Below, in pieces: positions 38,119-45,830 of a stretch of 45,830 nt of DNA (within the stretch, counting starts at the first letter, position 1; the number at the start of each line of letters is the position of its first letter). This DNA is from Candidatus Moanibacter sp. (GTDB taxonomy: Bacteria > Verrucomicrobiota > Verrucomicrobiia > Opitutales > UBA2987): the NCBI GenBank assembly GCA_965215885.1, contig CBDCEW010000030.1, positions 1 through 45,830 of the forward strand, read 5' to 3'. The position numbers and the translations under genes were made by a program. The notes beneath the pieces were generated by a model. The model was not told the origin of the DNA, did no database searches, and saw only the letters and a program-made list of their open reading frames with translations.

Positions 38119-39051
38119 GTGCCCATACTTCCTAAGCCCCCAATCCTTTTCCCGGCTGTGAAGAACTATAATCCGCTTGGTAAATTCTTGGCGAAGCAGG
38201 GTGGCCCTCCGAATGTTTTGGCTGGTCTGATTCCGATGGTCTTAATGACTTTCCAATTTTCAGCTCAGGCAACGCTTACCTGGGCTGGCACCGAGGACAA
38301 TGATTTCTTCAACGAAGCGAACTGGAGCCTTGATGGCGGGGGACCTCCCGCAGCGGATACCGTCAACCATAGCACACCCATCGATCAAGACATCATCATT
38401 GACACGACCGATACGATATCTGCGGTCGGTCGGCTTTTCACCGGCCGCAATGTGACGATGACGATTACGGATGCCACCGTTGGCACTTTCTCCAATATTC
38501 GTGACGACACCGCGACCGGTATTGGTTCCGGCAGCATTGTTCTAAAAGGCGCCGCTTCCCTGAGCGGCTCAAATTATACCGAAGGCATCAACTTCATTCT
38601 GATGGGGAACTCCATGCTTTCGGTGCCAAGCTTTCTGACTGTCACGGGCGGCAGCGGGAAAATCAACATCGACTGCTTTGCAGCTACCGCTCAGCTAACC
38701 ACTTATAACGGCTCGGAGATCCAGCAGACAATAAATGCCGGCAAGATTACCGTGAAAGACGCCACGGTTTCCCCGTCGGACCTGATCATTGTAACCCAAA
38801 GCGGCGGATCAACAGTGAGCCTTCCAGTGCCGGCCTTGATGATTACGCGTGCGGGTGATGACATAACCCTGAGCTGGCCCGGCATTGCCATCGGATTTGA
38901 CTTGGAGATGACCGACAACCTCTCTCCCACTATCCAATGGACTCCGGTCGGCGAAACTCCTCAATTGATCGACAATGAATTCCAGCTGACGGTTCTTATT
39001 TCCGGTTCGCGGAAGTTCTACCACTTGATTGAGATGTCCGGCTGCGAGTGA
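38119..39051 (+). CDS. Secreted beta-rich protein with C-terminal sorting-like domain
   Basis: SAQA-TLTWAG..FFNEANW N-terminus; C-terminal ITLSWP...FDLEMTDNL...WTPV...RKFYHL resembles verrucomicrobial C-terminal domains. True start probably about 40 codons downstream. Confidence 0.65.
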   Translation: MPILPKPPILFPAVKNYNPLGKFLAKQGGPPNVLAGLIPMVLMTFQFSAQATLTWAGTEDNDFFNEANWSLDGGGPPAADTVNHSTPIDQDIIIDTTDTISAVGRLFTGRNVTMTITDATVGTFSNIRDDTATGIGSGSIVLKGAASLSGSNYTEGINFILMGNSMLSVPSFLTVTGGSGKINIDCFAATAQLTTYNGSEIQQTINAGKITVKDATVSPSDLIIVTQSGGSTVSLPVPALMITRAGDDITLSWPGIAIGFDLEMTDNLSPTIQWTPVGETPQLIDNEFQLTVLISGSRKFYHLIEMSGCE

Positions 39052-39214
39052 CATTGTTCCCGAGTTCGAATACTAGCCCGAAAATCTCAAGGATTTTCGG
39101 GTTAACGGCGAAACCATTAGTCTTTCCCATAATTCCGCTTGAAATACTGGACGAAACCAAGAGGTATGGGCCAGCCTTGAAACAAGGGAATGTCGTAGGT
39201 CGGGTGCGCTTACC

Positions 39215-39367
39215 GAAGTAGTTTCGGAAATGGACCGCATTTACCGGGCCTGGGTGGAACGGTGCGATGTTCAACCATGGGACGCCATCATCGATCGGCG
39301 AGGGGAGGGGCGCGGCCCTTCCGAGGTGCCGCCCGAAGAACTCCCACCATTTCAATCGGTTTCTTAG
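39215..39367 (+). pseudogene. 3' remnant of a second arylsulfatase
   Basis: EVVSEMDRIYRAWVERCDVQPWDAIIDRRGEGRGPSEVPPEE matches the end of 36326-37930 (EVVSELDGIYRAWEDRCDVQPWDAVLGQRGEGRGPSEVPPEE), with many synonymous differences. Confidence 0.85.
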
Positions 39368-39745
39368 GAGCAGGTATTTAATGGGATGTAATGATTGAAA
39401 TTCTCATGTAGATCAGCGCGGCTCCCGCCTTGTGGGATGGCCGGGTCAGACGATGATGAGACTACTGACAGCGAAGTGGAACAGGTGGCGCCGAGGCGGA
39501 CTGGCCCCCCGTGACGTTCGTTGTGTTCCTTTTCCCGAAGATTGCCGTGCCCGGAGGGCCCGGCCCACCACTGTATCCCTGGTAGTGGTGGAACGGGTGC
39601 TCCGCCACACGTTCTCTTGCACCTGAGTTCCGGGACGGACCGATTCCGGAGTGCCGGATTACCTCGGCATAGCCTCTCTCTTCGCGATCAACGACGGGTC
39701 CACTTCTGTATCCCTGTAAGCCCGGAAATCTGTGAGATCTGCGAA

Positions 39746-39927
39746 CTAGCCCGCAAATTTCACAAGCCATCTGCTCCAACTGCGGATGTCACAGCGCCTC
39801 AAGGACTTCCCTCGTCCGCCGACTTCCACGTGTTCCAACACGCCGTCACCCGCCGGACTTTGGTAAGCCCCTGATCCGCGGCAACCTCCGCAGTCTCGCT
39901 ACGAAGTATGTGAAATATGCAGGCTAG
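39746..39927 (+). mobile_element. CTAG-bounded MITE, diverged 182-bp form
   Basis: CTAGCCCGCAAATTTCACA...TGTGAAATATGCAGGCTAG; same length and interior as the 26739 copy. Confidence 0.7.
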
Positions 39928-40274
39928 CGTGTCTTTGATTGCTGGCTGCCCCGGCACAAGACTCCATAATTACGAAATTGGGTTGGAGAACCCAAAGTAA
40001 ATGTTATTCAGGCACTTGCAAGATTCTATTGATTACATAGTATGCCAGAATGGAGTTTCAACGATTGTTGTGTGTGGGTTCGTTAGAGGTAGAGAGCTTT
40101 TCCTGCAGGTTTGTTTTCAGTTAGAAACTTGTTGAGTATTAATCAGTTACAAAAGCGCTTTGAACGGGGAGTTGATTTCTGGTGGCAATTGAGTAGAAGC
40201 GAAGGGAGCTGGAGAAAGTTGGTATTGGCATTGTATGTAAAATAAAGTTTGCAGTTTTGCCTCCTTTCCATACT

Positions 40275-41001
40275 GTGCCGGTGCATGCAAGAAGAGCTTT
40301 CGCGTAAAGAGAGGGAGGTGGTCGAAGCGGTACGGCGGGATCGGGTAAGCACGGTGTGGAGGCTGATGAAGGAGCAGAGGGTGTCGCGGCGAACGGTCTA
40401 TCGGGCTTTGCAAAAATATGGCCATTACTCCAGTTACAATGCCAATTGTGGCTACCTGAGCTTGAAAGACATTCCGCGCTTTGACGGGGCCGGTTTGTGG
40501 CGTTTTCGCAAGGGGCGCTTTTCGCGCCACGGCACCTTGGAGGAGACCGTGGAGGCGGTGGTGGGAGCTTCGCTTTGCGGCTACACGGTGGCTGAGTTGG
40601 AGACCCTCCTTGGGGTACGGGTGCACAACCCCATAAGCGTGCTTTGTAGAAAGAAGCGGTTGAGTCGATACTATGAAGGGCGTCACTGCGTGTATGTCTC
40701 GGCCGGGGAACAGGGCGGGGCCGAACAGAAAAAGCGGCGGCAAGGGCGAAGAACAGCGGCACAAGTTCAGGCAGGGGACCCCGGGGGCGCTTTGCAGGCA
40801 GCTCCCGAAGGGCTCGAAACGATGGTCGTGATCGCTTTGCTGGTCGCCTGTATCGGCCATCCCGAGGCCGGGGTCAAGGAGCTTGTCGAGCTTATGCAAG
40901 AGCAGGGAGTAGAGCTGAGCGGGGAGCAAATTGAGCGGGTGATGGCGTTTTACTCGCTCAAAAAAAACCGGACCGATCGCGGTAGCGGAGCTGTTACATG
41001 A
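40275..41001 (+). CDS. OrfA: putative DNA-binding (HTH-like) protein of the element
   Basis: VSRRTVYRALQKYGHYSSYN, IPRFDGAGLWRF..RFSRHGTL, GYTVAELETLLGVRV; an A8 run lies near the 3' end (LKKN). Confidence 0.6.
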
Positions 41002-41002
41002 T

Positions 41003-42820
41003 TTGCGGGCAGAGGCTGAACGGGCCCTGCAAACGGTGGGGGCTGTGCCTGCGCAAACGAGTTATCGCTTCGATGCCCGGGAGGACGAAGAGGGTCCTTC
41101 AGAGGTGCGCAAGACCCTGCGCCGCAAGGTGGTCAGTTTCTCCTATGGATGCTTCCAGGCGGTGGAAGTTGTGCGCGAGCAGGGGCAAGGGAGCCACCGC
41201 AACAGCTACCGTTCTGCTCGCCTGGAACAGATCGTGCCCTCGCATAGTCGCTACGCTTACGATCTGATTGCCTATGTGGGCAAGCGATGTTTGTGCGAAA
41301 GCGCCACCCTCAAAGAGGTGCACAGGGAACTGCGCGAGGGCCCGGGGCAGCTGCAGATTGCTCAAAGCAGCCTCTATGAGATGCAGCAGAAGTTTCTTTT
41401 TTATCTGGGTCGGCTGCACGCCGCGGCCGCTCCGGTGCTTAAAGATTACCTGAGCGCTCGCCCTTGCCTGCGCTGGCTGGTGGATGGGACCGTGGAACCG
41501 CAGACGCCGGTTTTCTTCGCTGTTCAGGAAGCCGACGAAGGGATCCTTTTGGGCAGCTGGAAAATGCCTTCCGAACAGAGCGAAACGATCAGTGGCTGTT
41601 TTGCCCGGGCGGCCCGGGCTTTTGGCCAACCCCACCATGTCTATCATGATTTAAGCGCTCAGATCAGCAAGGCCTGCGAGAGCGAAACCTTCCAGGCCCC
41701 CCATGGCGTCTGCCATTATCATTTCGCCCGCAATGTGGGCGAACAGCTTTATCGAAAACCCCAGCAGATGCTCAACGGGCGCTTGCGGCAATTGAAGCTC
41801 ATGGAGCGCATGCGCGAGCAACGCAAACACATCACCGCAAAGCTCCGTGACGCCCTCCGTGAAAAACACGCCCTCGTCCTGGCCGATTTGCTCACCGCCA
41901 AAGCGCTCGCAGTGCCCTTCGATCCCACCCTTGCACGGGAACTGCTCATGGCCCTGCAATTGTGGATTTTGGATTATCCCTGCGACGGTCACCGCCAGGG
42001 CTTTCCCTTCGATCCTTACCTGCTTTATTGGCATCGGCGGGTCGTGCGCGCCCATGCCGCCCTGGAGCAGTGGCTTGCCCGCGCTCCTGCCAGTTGCTCT
42101 GTTCTGCGAAGCTTCTTTCATCTTTCGACCGGGTTGAAGCAGTATCTGGCTGATGCCCTCGTCATCGAAGCCGCTACTATCTATGAAAACGCTTTTTGCA
42201 TTTTCAGCGCTTTGCGCGATGCCCTTTGGCTCAGCGCCAGCGGCCCCTGCCCTTTAAGCGACCCTTATCTGTTGCAAGCAGGACAAGCCGCTGAGCTCAC
42301 CGAGGCTCTCCAGTTGCTGCGTGCCCAATATCGCCAAAAAGGCGCCTCCCTGACCAACCCCTCGAAAGCCAAACTCTACCGCACCGTGGTCACTCATCTG
42401 GACAAATACTGGCAGCGGCTGCTTCCCCCACCGGCCCATCCAGACAGCGTACGCACGACCAATGAGCTGGAAGGCACCTGGCGCACCTCCAAGCGCAAAC
42501 GCCGTCAAACCCACGGGCGCAAAAATCTGACGCGCGACTTTGAAGCGCTCCCCGAAGAATACATGCTCCTGGCCAACTTACACAATCCCCGCTATGTGGA
42601 GCTGGTTTTAGGCAGTATCGATAATCTGCCCCAAAAGCTTGCCCAGGCTGCACAGAAAGCACCCCCCTTCAGTCACTGGCGGGCGAACAGAAAAACCCTC
42701 GCCGTGGGTCGATTGCCCAAAAAGCTCCTGCGAAAAGAAAACTTCCTTGAGGAACTCTTCGAAGTCTGTAATCGCCAGGATCAATCCTTAAACCCGCAAC
42801 CCCATCGGATTGCCTCCTGA
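41003..42820 (+). CDS. OrfB: Mutator/IS256-like DDE transposase
   Basis: WLVDGT (D1), VYHDLS (D2), CHYH (CxxH after D2), long helical insertion, RTTNELE (E), then SKRKRRQTHG. Confidence 0.75.
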   Translation: MRAEAERALQTVGAVPAQTSYRFDAREDEEGPSEVRKTLRRKVVSFSYGCFQAVEVVREQGQGSHRNSYRSARLEQIVPSHSRYAYDLIAYVGKRCLCESATLKEVHRELREGPGQLQIAQSSLYEMQQKFLFYLGRLHAAAAPVLKDYLSARPCLRWLVDGTVEPQTPVFFAVQEADEGILLGSWKMPSEQSETISGCFARAARAFGQPHHVYHDLSAQISKACESETFQAPHGVCHYHFARNVGEQLYRKPQQMLNGRLRQLKLMERMREQRKHITAKLRDALREKHALVLADLLTAKALAVPFDPTLARELLMALQLWILDYPCDGHRQGFPFDPYLLYWHRRVVRAHAALEQWLARAPASCSVLRSFFHLSTGLKQYLADALVIEAATIYENAFCIFSALRDALWLSASGPCPLSDPYLLQAGQAAELTEALQLLRAQYRQKGASLTNPSKAKLYRTVVTHLDKYWQRLLPPPAHPDSVRTTNELEGTWRTSKRKRRQTHGRKNLTRDFEALPEEYMLLANLHNPRYVELVLGSIDNLPQKLAQAAQKAPPFSHWRANRKTLAVGRLPKKLLRKENFLEELFEVCNRQDQSLNPQPHRIAS

Positions 42821-43320
42821 CAACGACTCCAGTGCCCTCCCTCTGCTCCCCATTTTCTTCATGCTCTAACCAGAGAACTCCACGCAATTTGCGTGCCAAC
42901 CGAAATTCAGAACGATGGGCACAAGACCGGGGCAGCCGGCAGTCGAAAGCATTACGCTAACCACGTACGGACCCCAGGGTACGACAGATCCCTACGTTTA
43001 TAGTCTTAAAGTTTCCGCCGTTATAACCGATCTTCGGAGTCACCCAGTCGACCGAATCGTCTCGCCGCGAAATGATGACGATAGTAAATTTATCCTAAAA
43101 CGATCGTCCGAAGCCAGTTGATGCTTGATATTCCTTTCTCAAATGCGGTGCAAAATACAGGGCGCTTGGTTTCGATATAGTAGCACGAATCTGAACTACG
43201 GTGCTGCGGGATTTCGAGCGAAATCTCAAGTCTAAACCATGAAACCGTTTAAGAAGACGGTTTATTCAAGATTCTGTAGCTGCTCCCTCAATCGAGCTTG
43301 ACCGAATTGCTCCAATCAGG

Positions 43321-43466
43321 ATGTCCAATAAACAAAAAGAACAAATGCCCGTTCAGGAGACATTGGCGAAGTTTTCTTTGCGGCTCAAGTCGAAGACCGT
43401 AATTCGGGAGAGCACGGAGGGGGGTGCTTATTCTTTTAGCGATCTCCTCGAATTTTCCGCTATCTG
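43321..43466 (+). pseudogene. Unknown ORF truncated by IS copy 2
   Basis: MSNKQKEQMPVQETLAKF... runs into the IS left end at 43467; no continuation found beyond the IS. Confidence 0.3.
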
Positions 43467-45377
43467 GACCTTATCCGAAAAGCTACTGATTGGCCGCAAA
43501 GAGGCGCAAAAGGCGCAAGAAGAACTTGAGAAAAATCATTTTTTGGCTTGATAAAAAGTGTCGCAACATGCTAGTGTTTAACAACCTAAGATTAAGAAAG
43601 GAGTTAAACATGCCAACATGTGCGACAGAGGAGAACAAAAGCGATAAGACGCCCCTTAGCAACCTCATTCTGCCGGTTCCAGACACGGATTTCCGTGATT
43701 TTCTGGATGAAGTTGAAGAATTGGCCGGGTTCGCGGCGCAAATCATCGAGGCGATCGAGAAGGATCTGGACGCCCATGCGCGTGAGAAGAAGAAACTTCG
43801 ATTGGAAGATCGAAGGTTCTTTGAAGGGCGCACAGCGGAGCTGCCGGAGCTGGACATCGAGGAGGAGAATATTCTGGCTGCTGAATTGAATCTTGGGGCA
43901 GGCCGGCCGCGGATGCCGGCTTATGCGGTATACGTGTTCGTGATGATTCGAGGGTTTCTGGGTTCGTTGACCACGAAACCGGCACGGCGGTTTGTGCGCG
44001 AGTCGATGAGCTTGTACGGATTTTTGCAGAGCGGGGGACTGAGAATGCCGGCGGTGACGACGATTCTGGAGAACGTGAACCTGGTCAGCCATACGACCCG
44101 CGAGTTGATCTTTGATAAACAGATTGGGTTTATCCTCCAGGAGCAATGGGACGATTTCGGGAAGCTGACGATCGACAGCACCTCGGTGAAAGCAAACAGC
44201 TGCTGGCCCACCGATGGGAAGATTCTGAGCGGTCTTTTGATGCGGGCCAATCGTTTGGGTCAGAAGTTGCATGTCTTCGGGCTGGAGGATTTTCGCAAGG
44301 GATGGGTTGGGCGTTGGCTGGAGGAAATGGACAAGCTGGAGTTTCAGATTTGTCTGGCCGCGGGCAAACCGAAGTCGAAGGGCAAGCTGAAGAAACACTA
44401 CCGGCGGTTGCTCAAGCGGGGCCGCAAGGCGGCCGACTCACTAACGGGGGAACTGAGCCATCTTGAAGAGGGCCTGTCGATGGATTCACTGCCTCCCACT
44501 CGCCGGGAGCTTCTGGAGCGGGCATTGAGCCAGATCAGGGGTGATATTGCCGACGCCAAGCGGGTTGTTGAGTATGCTCATGATCGGGTGTTTCACGAAA
44601 AGAAGCTACCGTCCACACAGAAGGTCCTGAGCCTCTCGGACGGATCGGCGGCCTACATCAAGAAGGGCAGCCGCAATCCAGTGATCGGGTACAAGCCACA
44701 ACTGGTTCGCAGCGAAAACGGTTTTGTCACCAGCCTGATCGTACCGCAAGGCAACGCGGCAGACTCCATTGAGCTGGCGCCGGCCATCGGCGATTCGATC
44801 AAGCGCACCGGTGTCATTGCTGAACTGGTCAGCACCGATGACGGATATGCTTCGGCGAAGGGACGCAAGGAGGTGCTGAGCATGGGGGTAAAGCAGATCA
44901 GTATCAGTGGGGCGAAGGGCAAGAAGTTGACCACCCCCGAGGACTGGGAGAGCGAGGCGTATCGCGAGGCACGCCGCGATCGCTCCGCAGTGGAGTCGCT
45001 GATGTTCACGATTAAAGATGGATTTGCCTTTGGCGAACTCGGCCGCCGCGGCATCGATGCGGTAGGCGATGAACTGCTCGAGAAGGTTCTGGCCTACAAC
45101 TTCTGCCGCATCATACTGATGAAGAAACGCCGAGGGGAGGAACTGGAACAGGCAGCCTGAATCTGACCGCTTTGAAGCTCAGAGAAAAAAGCACCACGGG
45201 ATGAGTATGCCTCCAGACAGCGGCAAATATACGTATTGTGCAGCAAGCCACGCCGATGGCCGCTCAATACCTGCTCATCGGCAGCGCCGGCAGCCTAAAA
45301 CCCGAAACCTGCCAGCCATAGGCTGGTCCGCCCGTGGCGGAGAACCTTAAACCGCCCGCTCGAAAGGCTTTTCGAAT
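43467..45377 (+). mobile_element. IS5-like/ISNCY insertion sequence, copy 2 (right IR lacks its last 6 bp)
   Basis: Matches 11737-13647 with five substitutions spotted by eye. Ends GCTTTTCGAAT, without the terminal GGGGTC. Confidence 0.88.
43610..45160 (+). CDS. IS5-like/ISNCY DDE transposase
   Basis: Identical to 11880-13430 except one Q>E change. Confidence 0.88.
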   Translation: MPTCATEENKSDKTPLSNLILPVPDTDFRDFLDEVEELAGFAAQIIEAIEKDLDAHAREKKKLRLEDRRFFEGRTAELPELDIEEENILAAELNLGAGRPRMPAYAVYVFVMIRGFLGSLTTKPARRFVRESMSLYGFLQSGGLRMPAVTTILENVNLVSHTTRELIFDKQIGFILQEQWDDFGKLTIDSTSVKANSCWPTDGKILSGLLMRANRLGQKLHVFGLEDFRKGWVGRWLEEMDKLEFQICLAAGKPKSKGKLKKHYRRLLKRGRKAADSLTGELSHLEEGLSMDSLPPTRRELLERALSQIRGDIADAKRVVEYAHDRVFHEKKLPSTQKVLSLSDGSAAYIKKGSRNPVIGYKPQLVRSENGFVTSLIVPQGNAADSIELAPAIGDSIKRTGVIAELVSTDDGYASAKGRKEVLSMGVKQISISGAKGKKLTTPEDWESEAYREARRDRSAVESLMFTIKDGFAFGELGRRGIDAVGDELLEKVLAYNFCRIILMKKRRGEELEQAA

Positions 45378-45743
45378 CCCGATATCATCTTGCCCACCAT
45401 TGTCCTGCTCACTGTCTGCGTATTAGCGATCATTTTTGCCACCCTTTCCACGATACCCAGAGTCACTTCCGGCACTTTTACCGAGGCGGATATTAAAGAG
45501 AAGAGAGCAAATCTTCTCTTTTTCGGAAACTTTCACAGGATGCCGGTGGAGGATTTTGAACGAGCGATCAATACCGTAATGGACGACCCGGAGTATCTCT
45601 ACGGATCCATGGCCAGAGATTTATACTACTTGGGTAAGGTCCTCTACACGAAGTACCGATACCTGAGGTTCTGCTACCTGGTCTTTATGTTCAGACTGAT
45701 CCTTTCGGTGATCTCATTTGTAGCGGCTCATTTGACGCGGTAG
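45375..45743 (+). pseudogene. C-terminal part of a Pycsar-effector-like (DUF5706/PycTM) membrane protein
   Basis: NPDIILPTIVLL..AIIFATLSTIPRVTSG..ANLLFFGNFHRM..YLYGSMARDLYYLGKVL..KYRYLRFCYLVFM matches DUF5706. The N-terminal AD.KA helix is missing. Confidence 0.75.
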
Positions 45744-45830
45744 ATCAGTTGTGTATCGGCCAGGGAAGAGAGTGCCGTTTTCTAACCCGAAGATGCTTTG
45801 CTTCGCCGCAGTCACACATACCCGCATCTT

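Larger units (their letters stand above)
39980..42900 (+). mobile_element. Putative two-ORF Mutator/IS256-like insertion element
   Basis: Two tandem ORFs and an AT-rich left end. Short GGTTGG / CCAAC(C) termini are flanked by a 7-bp direct repeat CGAAATT (39973-39979, 42901-42907). Ends are tentative. Confidence 0.55.

Noticed and set aside
39432..39874. Short ORFs between the sulfatase remnant and the MITE
   Set aside because: No recognisable motif in any frame, and some run into the MITE.
11737..45377. Bona fide composite transposon
   Set aside because: No shared target duplication at the outer ends, and the outermost right IR is incomplete.
1..45830. rRNA, tRNA or known riboswitch
   Set aside because: None recognised by eye; a covariance-model search would be needed to exclude small RNAs.

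Overview
Accessory, strongly eroded bacterial region. The TonB receptor type, the long RAYT-like transposases and a C-terminal sorting-like domain suggest Verrucomicrobiota (inference). Intact genes are mostly catabolic or uptake: ABC solute-binding protein, TonB-dependent receptor, several Gfo/Idh/MocA oxidoreductases, two TIM-barrel sugar isomerases, a 2-hydroxyacid dehydrogenase, cytochrome P450, two sulfatases, an SGNH hydrolase and a PhyH-NUDIX-like fusion. There are also two Phd-VapC toxin-antitoxin pairs. Mobile DNA is dense: an IS4 (IS231-like) element, two near-identical IS5-like/ISNCY elements, two close copies of a long RAYT-like Y1 HUH transposase, a two-ORF Mutator/IS256-like element, a CTAG-bounded MITE family, a DUF559 nuclease gene bracketed by twin palindromic repeats, and a 100-bp hairpin repeat. 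At least eight genes are remnants (internal deletions keeping both ends, orphan 3' ends of paralogues, a truncated Pycsar-type effector). The most unusual signal is a family of 15-16 bp micro-palindromes (TCCCGGC-NN-GCCGGGA and TCCCGCT-C-AGCGGGA) nested in other repeats. One brackets the IS4 element and another replaces 40 bp of a MITE, so they may be transposition footprints or targets. No rRNA, tRNA or CRISPR array was seen. All family calls come from motif recognition by eye, not database searches.
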